Source: Squalus acanthias (taxonomy: Eukaryota). Taken from it: a stretch of 64,000 nt of DNA. The stretch covers positions 310,001 through 374,000 of the forward strand of contig CM059433.1 in the NCBI GenBank assembly GCA_030390025.1, in the 5' to 3' direction. A model generated the notes under the pieces. The model made no database searches and was not told where the DNA came from. It saw nothing but the letters and a program-made list of their open reading frames with translations. The position numbers and the translations under genes were made by a program. Numbering within the stretch: position 1 is the first letter of the stretch; each line of letters begins with the position of its first letter. Below, piece after piece: positions 1-12,099 of this stretch.

Positions 1-1593
1 TCCCCTGGACCTGATAGGCTACATCCTAGGGTCTTAAAAGTAGTGGCTGCAGAGATAGTGGATACGTTGGTTGTAATCTACCAAAATTCCCTGGATTCTG
101 GAGAGGTCCCATCGGATTGGAAAACCGCAAATGTAACGCCCCTTTTCAAGAAAGGAGGGAGGCAGAAAGCAGGAAACTATAGGCCAGTTAGTCTAACATC
201 TGTCATTGGGAAAATGCTGGAATCCATTATGAAGGAAGTAATAGCAGGACATTTAGAAAATCATAATACAATCAGGGAGAGTCAACATAGTTTTATGAAA
301 GGGAAATCGTGTTTGACAAATTTACTGCAGTTCTTTGAGGATGTAACGAGCAGCCTGGATAAAGGGGAACCAGTAGATGTTGTGTATTTGGATTTCCAGA
401 AGGCACTCGATAAGGTACCACATAAAAGGTTACTGCACATGATAAGAGCTCATGGGGTTGGGGGTAATATATTAGCATGGATAGAGGATTGGCTAACTAA
501 CAGAAAACAAAGAGTCGGGATAAATGGGTCATTTTCTGGTTGGCAAGCTGTAACTAGTGGGGTGCCACAAGGGTCAGTGCTGGGGCCTCAACTACTTACA
601 ATCTACATTAATGACTTGGATGAAGGGTCCATGTGTACTGTAGCCAAATTTGCTGATGATACAAAGATAGGTGAGAAAGCAAGTTGTGAGGAGGACACAA
701 AGAGTCTGCAAAGGGATATAGATAGGTTAAGTGAGTGGGCAAAAATTTGGCAGGTGGAGTATAATGTGGGAAAATGTGAGGTTATCCACTTTGGTAGGAA
801 AACTAAAAAAGCAAATTATTATTTAAATGGAGAGAGACTGCATAATGCTGTGTTACAGAGGGATCTGGTGGTCCTCGTACATGAAACACAAAAAGTTAGC
901 ATGCAGGTACAGCAAGTAATTAGGAATGGAATGTTGGCCTTTATTGCAAGGGGGATGGAGTATAAATGTAGAGAAGTCTTGCTACAACTGTACAGGGCTC
1001 TGGTGAGACCACACCTGGAGTACTGCATGCAGTTTTGGTCTCCTTATTTAAGGAGGGATATATTGCATTGGAGGCAGTTCAGAGAAAGTTCACTAGGTTA
1101 ATTCCTGAGATGAAGGAGTTGTCTTATGAAGAAAGGTTGAGCAGGTTGGGCCTATACTCATTGGAGTTTAGAAGAATGAGAGGTGATCTTATTGAAACAT
1201 ATAAGATTCTGAGGGGGATTGACAGGGTAGATGCAGGGAGGATGTTTCCCCTTGTGGGGGAATCTAGAACTAGGGGGCAGAGTTTCAGGATAAGGGGGCG
1301 CCCATTTAAAACGGAGATGAGGAAGAATTTCTTCTCTCAGAGGGTCATGAATCTTTGGAATTCTCTACCCCAGAGAGCTGTGGAGGCGGAGTCATTGAAT
1401 ATATTCAAGGCAGAGATAAACATATATTTGAGCTACAGGGGAGTCAAGGGGTTATGGGGAGCGGGCGGGAAAGTGGCTTTGAGGTCAAGATCAGATCAGC
1501 CATGATCTTATTGAATGGCGGGGCAGGCTCGCGGGGCAGGCTCAAGGGGCCGAATGGCCTACTCTTTCTCCTATTTCTTATGTTCTTATGTTC
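1..1593 (+). mobile_element. CR1-clade LINE, ORF2 RT region and 3' tail (5' end outside window)
   Basis: ORF 43-1101 has RT motifs ([14 protein letters not shown]). The C-terminus is frameshifted into ORF 1035-1505. The 3' tail gatcagccatgatcttattgaatggcgg ends in (ttcttatg)n. Confidence 0.95.
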
Positions 1594-2277
1594 ATAGACA
1601 TAACTTATAAATAAATCACGCAGTTGTTTATGTTTGAATTGTATGGCTTAGCTCCTCCCTCAAGCTATCTGCTCATAAACCAAACTGACTAGTAGTCCTT
1701 ACAACATTGTACTGAGTTACTTTGGAACCTGATTCTAAATGTAGCTGTGTTTTAACTCCTGGTGATTGTAGAGGGAAGGAAATATTGAGCTAGGTAAGGA
1801 ATGCCACAGTTTTGAGTCCTAGGTTAAGAATGTAGGAGACTATGACGTGCTGTAATTTCAACACAGTGGTGATTTCGGGATGAGGAAGATTATGTAAGGT
1901 GACATAATTGGAGCTTAAAAGGAAGAAGAGAGGGAACTTGAGAGGAACAGTGATATGACAAAATAGAGAAAGTCAAGAAAGGCTACAATGAGGGAAAGAG
2001 GGATCTCCTCACCAACAAGCTTCCTCTTTTTCTCCGTCCATGAGTGTGCGAGGGATGCTAGAATATCTTCTCCAGATGAGGGAGCAGTATTCAACTTATT
2101 GGACAGGCTTTATGAGGACCAGAAGAGAAAGCTGCTGGAGGCTCAATATGTCAGCATTTGTGACTTCTTTTTAATTATGTTGTTGTTACTAAAGTTCATT
2201 GACAGATGTTATGAGCAAAGATGCATTTGGCTTCAATGCTGTGGGTCTTTTACGCATCAGTTACTTCACTACACAGA

Positions 2278-2459
2278 AGTGAGAAGTCGCACAACACCAG
2301 GTTATAGTCCAACAGCTTTATTTGAAATCACAAGCTTTCGGAACGGCTGCTCCTTCCGAAAGCTTGTGATTTCAAATAAAGCTGTTGGACTATAACCTGG
2401 TGTTGTGCGACTTCTCACTTTTGTCCACCCCAGTCCAACACTGGCATCTCCGCATCATG
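2278..2459. mobile_element. Penelope-like pLTR fragment as a fold-back inverted repeat
   Basis: Perfect 67-bp arms (2277-2343 and 2354-2420) around a 10-nt loop. The arm matches the terminus of the Penelope element at 6574-6660. 13-bp TSD ttcactacacaga at 2265-2277 and 2460-2472. Confidence 0.88.
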
Positions 2460-2684
2460 TTCACTACACAGATAGAAGGATTAGAGTGAAGGGAGCAGCT
2501 AGGCCAGGGGAAAAGAGTAAAGAATTCTCCATATAACTTAAATTGTAAGTTGTACTGAAATACATTGTCACGTGACTTCCATAACACACCATCATGAAAA
2601 ATGTAATACAGGGATTTCTGCCTCTTTTTTGTATATAATTCACCTTCTTAAAAAAAGGGTTGGCCCATGGTTTGCCTCAAAGTT

Positions 2685-3872
2685 CATATTTGGATTTTCA
2701 GAAGGCCTTTGATAAAGTCCCACATAAGAGGTTAGTGTGCAAAAGTAAAACACATGGGATTGGGGGGAATATACTGGCATGGATTGAAAATTGGTTAACA
2801 GACAGGAAACAGAGAGTAGGAATAAATGGGTCTTTTTCGGGGTGGCAGGCAGTGACTAGTGGGGTACCGCAGGGATCAGTGCTTGGGCCCCAGCTATTCT
2901 CAATATATATCAATGATTTGGATGAGGGAACCAAATGTAATATTTCCAAGTTTGCTGACGACACGAAACTAGGTGGGATTGTGAGTTGTGAGGAGGATGC
3001 AAAGAGGCTTCAAGGCGATTTAAACAAGTTGAGTGAGTGGGCAAATACATGGCAGATGCAGTATAGCGTGGATAAATGTGAAGTTATCCACTTCGGTAGG
3101 AAAAACAGAAAGGTAGAGTATTATTTAAATGGTGATAGATTGGGAAATGTTGATGTACAAAGGGACCTGGGTGTCCTTGTACACCAGTCACTGAAAGCAA
3201 ACATGCAGGTCCAGCAAGCAGTTAGGAAGGCAAATGATATGTTGGCCTTCATTGCAAGAGGATTTGAGTACAGGAGCAAGGATGTCTTACTACAGTTATA
3301 CAGGGCCTTGGTGAGACCTGGAGTACTGTGTGCAGTTTTGGGCTCCTTACCGAGGAAAGGATATACTTGCCGTGGAGGGAGTGCAGCGAAGGTTCACCAG
3401 ACTGATTCCTGGGATGGCAGGACTGTCATATGAGGAGAGATTGGGTCGACGAGGCCTGTGTTCACTAGAGTTTAGAAGAATGAGAGGTGATTTCATTGAA
3501 ACGTATAAAATTCTGACAGGGCTCGACAGACTGGATGTTTCCCCTGGCTGGGGGGTCTAGAATGAGGGGTCACAGTCTCAGGATACAGAGTAGGACATTT
3601 AGGACTGAGATGAGGAGAAATTTCTTCACTCAGAGGGTGGTGAAACTGTGGAATTTTCTACCACAGAAGGCTGTGGAGGTCAAGTCACTGAATATATTTA
3701 AGAAGGAGATAGATAGATTTCTAGACACAAAAGGCATCAAGGGGTATGGGGAGAGAGAGGGAATATGGTATTGAGATAGAGGATCAGCCATGATCATGTT
3801 GAATGGCGGAGCAGGCTCGAAGGGCCGAATGGCCTACTCCTGCTCCTATTTTTCTATGTTTCTATGTTTCTA
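2685..3872 (+). mobile_element. 5'-truncated CR1 LINE (RT C-terminal half + 3' tail)
   Basis: [21 protein letters not shown] and FADD in ORF 2660-3433; frameshifted continuation ORFs; tail ends in (tttctatg)n. Confidence 0.95.
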
Positions 3873-5494
3873 GGATAGATATGTCAATGTGGTAAACACT
3901 TCGATATATACTCAGTGCATAAAACTACTGAATAATTGGATTTCATTCTAGAGTGATGCAATGCTTCTCAGAGAAACATTCAAGATGAATATTTTGCAGT
4001 AAAATCACGAACTCAGTTTGTTTCACAATAACTGTTACTGCGGTTCTGTGTAGCTTTAGTTAAAGTGCCTTTTTGATGGAAATATGCACATCTGACTTTG
4101 CAAAAAAGGAAAGTATAATGAAGTGTATATGTGCATTGAGCATTTTTTTGGGGGAAAAAACTGGTAACATGGGACTTGCCAATATTTGATGTGACAATGA
4201 GTGGAAATGACTGTATTGATTTTGCCATTCAAACTATCAAGATTGATTTGCCATTGACCTTCAAATGTCTAGCCATATCATCCCAGTCACAGAATTCTAA
4301 GGACTAGGATTATTTTTAACAGAGGCTCTTCTATGGCGCTGTTATTGTTTTATGAGCTCTTTTTCTTTTATGTCAGAATCTGAGTCAGCCTGCACTGAGT
4401 TGTTAATAAAAGTGAAGCAGTGAAAGCAAGCCACCAGCGTAATTAGTTCCATGAGAGGAATTAGCTGAATTGGGCACACATGCCAATTCCCACAAGAACA
4501 TGATCCAATAGGACCACAGCTGCCCCTCATCAGAAGCACTGGAACAGCTGCAAAGGCTGAGACAGCTATGTTTTACAGTCTGGGGGCAATTTTCATCTGT
4601 CTAACAGACCATTCACACTGCAAATCGAGGTGGTTGGCAGACGAAAATTAAAAAAAATATCTCCTGCCTATTGGTCACCCGATGCCCGCCTAATTTGATT
4701 TTCAAGTGGGCCTCAAAATGGGTGGCCAGCATTCCTGCCCAAAAGAGGGGGAGCCTTATTTCAATATTTAAATTGGGGCCCTACATCGGTTGTAGGACAC
4801 TGACACCATTTCCGTGTACCCATGTGTGAAGCATACGCCACACACACTCCATCCAGCGATACTAGGTGCTGAGCAGCCTAACCAATGTTCCTTAAAGGAA
4901 CCATTGCAGGCCACACAAAAACAGTTCACTTTCATATTTAAAAGTGATTTATGTGGGGTCAGTGGCTCCCTCAAAAACTGGTCCCCACAATGCCTACCTC
5001 CGGAATCTCCTTCACCTTCCCCTCCTTTCATCTACCTGCGCTGACTCAATACCAGGCTGGAGCTGCTGGATTGTTGTCCCTCTCTAATTGTCGATCTGCT
5101 CAACCTGCAGCTCACCAATGCCATTGACTCCTCCGAGGCCACTTGTGAGGTGCTGGACTGTCATAGATTTCAGTGAAGTTGCCACAAGCTCCATTGATGC
5201 CACAACAAAGAAAAAGTTTCTATAATGTTTTAACAAATGAGGGCTGTAGACTCCAGACTCACAACTGTCAGTTGCCACACATCCACAGAAACAGGCCTCA
5301 GTGCCTGTACATAGGTATGATGTTCCTCAAACCTTTCAGTTGAGATCTTGATCCTGTGACTTCAAAGTCAGGGGAAAGTTTCTCCTTGGCCTCTGCTGGG
5401 AAGCTGGCACATCCTCACCCATTCCCAACCCCTTCAACTCCCTTGTGCTCTGTGATTCACCCAGTGCCACATCTTCATTGACACTAACTACTTC

Positions 5495-6498
5495 TGTAAG
5501 TTTCATGGAACAGTTTGGCCCCAGCATAAGGGCATGAAACGGTTAAACTTCAAGGCACAGAAAAGGTGCCAGTCATTAAAGTTTGCAGTTCTTGGAGAAC
5601 ACATTGATACTGGAACTCTGAAAAGCACATTGACATTGAACTGTGAGGCCTTGAATCATGATTGGTTTCGATGGGAAAAATCAACATCTGGACAATGCTC
5701 TGAGTTTAACTGAAACAATGAGCGTCTCGATAGGTGATTTAACGGTGAATAGGTGATTTAACTTTGGACAATGAGACTTCGTGTTTTAATGGGTTTCGAT
5801 GGATCTTCAATGGATAAGACAACGATGCCAGTTTCGCTGGAACAATGGACTTCCTGGAAAACACTTTAACCTTGGACTAAATCACATTAAATATGTATCA
5901 CAGGGTGGGGGAGACAAGATAAGGAATTGTCTTCCATCCCTCAGCCCTGTACACATCCTGTGGTTTGGATTACTAGGTGTGTATTGGAAAACAAGAGTTG
6001 GGGGAAGGCCCAGACTTGAAAAGGCGTGACAGGAGAACTGTAAGAAGGAACCACACCCACAGCTCTCTCTCCTTTTTGCTCGGAAGCTCTCTCTCTCGGA
6101 AGCTAGCTCCGACTACAAGTGTAAGGAGGAAGGGAAGATGGTCATCTCCAGCCCCCAGCCTGCAATCGACGTCGGTCACGACCAGCCGGACGGGTGATTG
6201 TAAGTATTCAATTGACTCTACAAGGGGTTTGCGCTGTGTAGGCAGCTGCAGTCAGACAAAAGAGACGGGGACAGGTCATCTCCGATCCAGGCCCACAATC
6301 CACAACGGTAATGACCGGCCGGATGGGTGATTGTAAGTTTCAGCCAAATCTCAGCAGGGTTTTTGTCCGTGTTTAGTTGGTTTTAATAAACTAACAGTTT
6401 TGGGTTGAACCTAAACCTTTGTGTCGTCTACGATTTTGTTCCTGTAAAACCCAGAGTCAAAGAACCCTTGGAAGGACGAGGAAACCAAACACCTTACA
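5495..6498 (+). mobile_element. Solo LTR (ERV- or Gypsy-type), about 1.0 kb
   Basis: Termini TGTAAG...CTTACA form a 6-bp inverted repeat. 4-bp TSD cttc at 5491-5494 and 6499-6502. AATAAA at 6385-6390. Internal direct repeat at 6180-6205 and 6313-6338. Confidence 0.8.
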
Positions 6499-6626
6499 CT
6501 TCACTTGGGTGAAAGTACTTGAGTTGGTGTGTGGGAATGAGAAAGCTCGTGATGCTGGGTATGAAATGAAGAGAAAAATGAGAACTCGCACAATACCAGG
6601 TTATAGTCCAACAGTTTTATTTGAAA

Positions 6627-6663
6627 TTACGAGCTTTTGGAGCTCTGCTCCTTCTTCAGGTAC
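6627..6663 (-). ncRNA. Degenerate minimal type I hammerhead ribozyme in Penelope pLTR
   Basis: Minus strand reads CUGAAGA-a-ggagc-aga-gcucc-AAAA-gc-UC. The catalytic GAAA box is mutated to AAAA. Confidence 0.6.
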
Positions 6664-6886
6664 AGGTACAGTGAGGGAATACAAATCGATTACACAGTAT
6701 ATAGAGACAGAGAACAATGTGTCTGCAGAGATACAATCCGTCAAGGAGGCATAACATCAAAGACATATCAGAGTAAAGCTAAGACAATGAGGTGGGTCAC
6801 AGGGGGTCCAACGTGTCAAATGCTGCCGTCTGCAGTTGAGCTTTTAACTTTTTTTTAAAACTGGAAAAACAGACAACGATGTTGAG

Positions 6887-8009
6887 TCACGTTCTGTAGC
6901 GTGACATGAACCCGAGATCCCGGTTGAGGCCGTCCTCATGGGTGCGGAACTTGGCTATCAGTTTCTGCTCGATGATTTTGCGTTGTCGTGTGTCTCGAAG
7001 GCCGCCTTGGAGAACGCTAATCCGCAGATCCGAGGCTGAATGTCCTTGACTGCTGAAGTGTTCCCCGACTGGGAGGTAACAATCCTGCCTGGCGATTGTT
7101 GCACGGTGTCCGTTCATACGCTGTCTCAGTGTCTGCATGGTCTCGCCGATGTACCATGCCGCGGTGCATTCTTTCCTGCAACGTATGAGGTAGACAACGT
7201 TGGCCGAGTCACATGAGTATGTACCATGTACCTGGTGGGTAGTGTCCTCACGTGTGATGATGGTATCTGTGTTGATGATCTGGCCTGTCTTGCAGAGGTT
7301 GTCGTGGCAGGGTTGTGTGGTGTCGTGGTCGCTGTTCTCCTGACAGCTGGGTAATTTGCTGCGAACGATGGTACTTTTGAGGTTAGGCGGCTGCTTGAAG
7401 GCGAGTAGTGGAGGCGTGGGGATGACCTTAGCAAGGAGTTCATCATCATCGATGACATGTTGAAGGCTGCGAAGAACATGGCGTAGTTTCTCCGCTCCGG
7501 GGAAGTACTGGACGACGTAGGGTACTCTGTTGGTTGTGTCCCGTGTTCGCCTTCTGAGGAGGTCTATGCGATTTTTCGCTGTGGCCCGTCGGAACTGTCG
7601 ATCGACGAGTCGAGCGTCATATCCCGTTCTTACAAGGGCGTCTTTCAGCGTCCGTAGGTTTCCATCGCGTTCCTCCTTGTCTGAGCAGATCCTGTGTATT
7701 CGCAGGGCTTGTCCATAGGGGATGGCTTCTTTAACATGGTTAGGGTGGAAGCTGGAGAAGTGGAGCATCGTGAGGTTGTCCGTGGGCTTGCGGTAGAGTG
7801 AAGTGCTGAGGTGTCCGTCTTTGATGGAGATTCGTGTGTCCAAGAATGAAACCGATTCTGAGGAGTAAAGTCCATGGTGAGTTTGATGGTGGGATGGAAC
7901 CTGTTGATGTTATCGTGTAGTCCTTTCAGTGATCCTTCGCCGTGGGTCCAAAGGAAGAAGATGTCGTCGATGTATCTGGTGTACAGCGTTGGTTGGAGGT
8001 CCTGTGCAG
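6887..8009 (-). pseudogene. Penelope RT/GIY-YIG ORF fragment, frameshift near 7860
   Basis: ORF 7645-8061 (YIDD) and ORF 6887-7843 (thumb + GIY-YIG) are in different frames. Confidence 0.9.
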
Positions 8010-9537
8010 TGAAATGAAGAGGGTTAGGGTACAGGAACATACGGCCAGGATCTTGATCCATGAACTCTTACCTGGCTGGGTCCTTAACATTCTCATTATT
8101 TTCATCATCATCATCATCATAATCTACCAGGAAGAGATTCCTTCCCTCTGTCCCCTCTCCATCATTATTTTCAATCTAGTTCTAGAGCCAATAACCCCTA
8201 TTTAACCTCACTATTCCTTTCATTACTGGCTCTGCTGCTCTAGTCAGCTCAGCCTGGGAAGGGATGCCAGAAAGCAAAAAGGATCATACTACTAAATGTC
8301 TGTCAATCTCCGCCTTAAATATATTCACTGACTCCGCCTCCACAGCTCTCTGGGGTAGAGAATTCCAAAGATTCACGACCCTCTGAGAGAAGAAATTCCT
8401 CCTCCTACCTGCAGGCTAACTTTTTGTGTTTCATGTACAAGGACCCCAGATCCCTTTGCACCGCAGCATTTTGTAATCTCTCTCTATTTAAATAATAATT
8501 TTCTTTTTTAGTTTTCCTACCAAAGTGGATAACCTCACATTTTCCCACATTATACTCCATCTGCCAAATTTTTGCCCACTCACTTAACCTATCTATATCC
8601 CTTTGCAGATTCTTTGCGTCCTCCTCACAACTTGCTTTCCCACCTATCTTTGCATCATCAGCAAATTTGGCTACATTACACTCGGTCCCTTCATCCAAGT
8701 CATTAATATAGATTGTAAATAGTTGAGGTCCCAGCACTGATCCCGGTGGCACCCCACTAGTTACCGTTTGCCAACCTGAAAATTACCCATTTATCCCGAC
8801 TCTCTGTTTTCTGTTAGTTAGCCAATCCTCTATCCATGCTAATATATTACCCCCAACCCCGTGAGCTCTTATCTTGTGCAGTAACCTTTTATGTGGCACC
8901 TTATCGAATGCCTTCTGGAAATCCAAATACACTACATCTACTGGTTCCCCTTTATCAAGCCTGCTCGTTACGTCCTCAAAGAACTTTGTCAAACATGATT
9001 TCCCTTTCATAATACCATGCTGACTCTGCTTGACTATATTATGATTTTCTAAATGTCCTGCTACCACTTCCTTAATGATGGACTCCAGCATTTTCCCAGT
9101 GACAGCTGTTAGGCTAACTGGTCGATAGTTGCCTGCTTTCTGTCTCCCTCCTTTTTTGAATAGGAGCATTACATTTGCAGTTTCCAATCCGCTGGGACCT
9201 CTCCAGAATCCAGGGAATTTTTGTAGATTACAACCAATGCATCCACTATCTCTGCAGCCACTTCTTTAAAGACCCTAGGATGCAGGCCATCGGGTCCAGG
9301 GGATTTGTTCACCTTTAGTCCCATTAGTTTGACTAGTACTTTTTCTCTAGTGATAGTGATTGTTTGAAGTTTCTCCCTCCCTATAGCCCCTTGAATATCT
9401 ATTATTATTGGGATTCCTTTAGTGTCTTCTACCGTGAAGACCGATACAAAATATTTGTTCAAAGTCTCTGCCATTTCCCTGTTTTCCATTATTAATTTCC
9501 CAGTCTCATCCTCTAAGGGACCAATGTTTACTTTAGC

Positions 9538-9860
9538 CACTTTCGAGGGCTTTTCATTTACAGGCTGGTGTCGGGAGCGGCGAGACCGGAGGTCCAGTGA
9601 GTATTTGAACTTACTTTCGCGGACTTTTCTTTCAAGGCTGGTGTCAGAAGCGATGAGACCGGAGGTCCAGTGAGTATTGGAACTCACTTTCGCGGGCTTT
9701 TCTTTCACAGGCTGGTGTCGGGAGCGACGAGACTGGAGGTCCAGTGAGTATTCGAACTCACTTTTGCGGGCTTTTCTTTCACAGGCTGGTGTCGGGAGCG
9801 ACGAGACCGGAGGTCCAGTGAGTATTTGAACTCACTTTCGCGGGCTTTTCTTTCACAGGC
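9538..9860 (+). repeat. 74-bp tandem monomers (about 4.4 copies) in CR1 5' UTR
   Basis: Unit starts at 9538, 9612, 9685, 9759 and 9833: cactttcgcgggcttttctttcacaggctggtgtcgggagcgacgagaccggaggtccagtgagtatttgaact. Confidence 0.95.
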
Positions 9861-10002
9861 ATACCAATCTCAGACCGGCGGCGGCATTCCAGAGCCACGT
9901 CACGATTCAAAACGTGATGCGGGCAGGAGGGAGCAGCTGATTGGGTGAGTACGGCTAGGTAAGTATTTATACTACACTATAGTTTGACAGTTAAGGTTCA
10001 TA

Positions 10003-10897
10003 GGGGTAGAAATTAGGTCGCGCCCCATTTGGGGCGCAAATATCGTCTGGACGCAAATATTAGCGCCTGGCGCTAATTATCGGCACTGACTGGAAACTTC
10101 ACTTTTACCGCCCCGGGAGGTGAGTGGAGCACTAAAGCAGGCGCTGCACACCTGTCTTAAGGCGCAAAGGCCAAGGAGTGAGGCGCTACCTCAGAGCGCT
10201 GGCGAAGCTCATGTAATGTCAGTCAGCAATGGAACACACACACAATGGCACGGGCCAGTTCTTAAAGGGGATGGTTAATCTTGCTTTCCATCCACATCCT
10301 GTTCATTGCAGCCTTGAATCTCGGCCTGGAGAGACTTGCACATCAAATGTGCTGGAAAGAACAATGGAGAGTACCAGGCAAAGAGCTCAGAGTGCAGCTC
10401 CCACAGTCTCTGCTAAATCGATACAAGGAATGGCAAAACAAAATGAACCTGCAAAGTGCTGCTCAGTACCCAAAACTCCTTCACACAACGTTGAATCTCT
10501 CCAGAAGTCTCTCCCTCTCTCTCTCAGAATGCGTAGTTCAAAAATGCCACCAACAATAAAAGACAGGAAGAGGCCCCCTTTAAATAGCGCCCCCCCCCCA
10601 GCCCCACAGCGATTGATAGCGTTCCAGTCTTCTGGTCGTTGGATGCGCCAGGCGGTAAGGCAGGGGGCGCCACTCAATTTCCGCTCCGGGGCGCCACAAG
10701 GGCGTTGCACCATGGAATGACGTCACAATCTGCGCGCGCAGGTGGTCGCAGCGGTAAGTTTTAGCGCCGCCGCACAATGTCAAGTTAAGTTCCCGAGCGG
10801 CGCAAACATCGCTGCGCCCGGGCGTTAGCGGCTTTGCGCCCCATTAGCGCCCTCTTAAGGCGCTAACGGGAGGCGCAACCAACTGAATTTTTACCCC
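10003..10897. mobile_element. Non-autonomous PIF/Harbinger-like DNA transposon
   Basis: TIRs ggggtagaaatt / aatttttacccc; TSD ata at 10000-10002 and 10898-10900; GCGC-rich subterminal repeats. The ends match the element at 37248-38020. Confidence 0.8.
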
Positions 10898-11044
10898 ATA
10901 GTTTATAAAGTTTAGAAGGTCTTAATTTTGTGGATTTAGTTTCTAGTGCAAGTAACCAAGGGCCCTTGAGTATATCATTTAATTGAGTGTAATTGGTGGT
11001 ATTGATTTGATTTAATTTAAGTTCAATTAATTAAAGGGTAAGTC

Positions 11045-11994
11045 ATGACAGGACAGCCCAGCCCCGTGTTATGCTCCTCCTGCTCGATGTGGGAAATCAG
11101 GGACCCTTCCGGTGTCCCTGACAACCATGTGTGCGGGAAGTGTATCCAGCTGCAGCTACTGACAGACCGCATTGCGGCGCTGGAGCTGCGGATGAAGGCG
11201 TGTTGGAGCATTCGCGATGCTGAGAACCTTGTGGATAGCACGTTTAGAGAGTTGGTCACACCGCAGGCAAAGGGTGCACAGGCAGGAAGTAAATGGGTGA
11301 CCACCAGGCAGAGTAAGAGGTGCAGGCAGGTAGTGCAGGCGTCCCCTGTGGACATCCCCCTCTCAAACAGATATACCACTTTGAATACTGTTGGGGGGGA
11401 TGACTTATCAGGGGAAGTCAGCAGCAGCCAACTTCCTGGCACCATGGGTGGCTCTGCTGCACACGCTGGGAGGAAAAAGAGTGGTAGAGCTATAGTGATA
11501 GGGGACTCAATTGTAAGGGGAATAGATAGGCGTTTCTGCGGCCGCAACCGAGACTCCAGGATGGTGTGTTGCCTCCCTGGTGCAAGGGTCAAGGACGTCT
11601 CGGAGCGGCTACAGAACATTTTGGAGGGGGAGGGCGAACAGCCAGCTGTCGTGGTGCACATAGGCACCAACGATATAGGTAAAAAAGGGGATGAGGTCCT
11701 AAAAGCAGAATATAGGGAGTTAGGAGGTAAATTAAAAAATAGGACCTCAAAGGTAGTAATCTCAGGATTGCTACCAGTGCCACGTGCTAGTCCGAGTAGA
11801 AATAGGAGGATATTTCAAATGAATACGTGGCTAGAGGAATGGTGCAAGGGGGAGGGATTCAAATTCCTGGGACATTGGAACCGGTTTGGGGGAGGTGGAA
11901 CCAGTACAAACCGGACGGTCTGCACCTGGGCAGGGCTGGGACCGCTGTCCTAGGGGGAGTGTTTGCTAGTGTTGTTGGGGAGGGTTTAAACTAA
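11045..11994 (+). pseudogene. CR1 ORF1 (zinc-finger/coiled coil + SGNH esterase-like), one frameshift near 11885
   Basis: CSSC...HVCGKC, VIGDSIVR and HIGTND motifs; the DGLH...GLN-stop end lies in another frame. Confidence 0.9.
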
Positions 11995-12099
11995 AGTGGC
12001 AGGGGGTTGGGCACCTGAGCAGGGAGACAGAGGAAAGCGTGTCAGGAAGGGACAGAAGGTATGGAGTAAAAGGTAAAGTGTTAAAAAAGGAAAAAGCAG

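Larger units (their letters stand above)
6574..8009 (-). mobile_element. 5'-truncated Penelope-like retroelement (RT C-terminus + GIY-YIG endonuclease + 3' pLTR)
   Basis: YTRYIDDIF RT motif and VVYLIRC...WYIGET GIY-YIG motif. 12-bp TSD tgaaatgaagag at 6562-6573 and 8010-8021. Confidence 0.93.

Noticed and set aside
3880..4540. Exon-like minus-strand segments (QADSDSDIKEKELIK; EFCDWDDMARHLK)
   Set aside because: Stops occur in all frames, splice sites are weak, and no protein is recognisable.
6541..6552. gaaagctcgtga on the plus strand matching the hammerhead 3' core
   Set aside because: It lies outside the Penelope TSD and has no upstream CUGANGA or stem II; treated as coincidence.
9169..9708. 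179-aa minus-strand ORF with a novel N-terminus
   Set aside because: It reads from the antisense of the inner CR1 5' monomers into outer CR1 ORF2 across the insertion junction.
9538..9860. CRISPR-like appearance of regularly spaced repeats (also 42520-43886 and 50395-51315)
   Set aside because: Whole units repeat head to tail without unique spacers; the context is eukaryotic and there are no cas genes.
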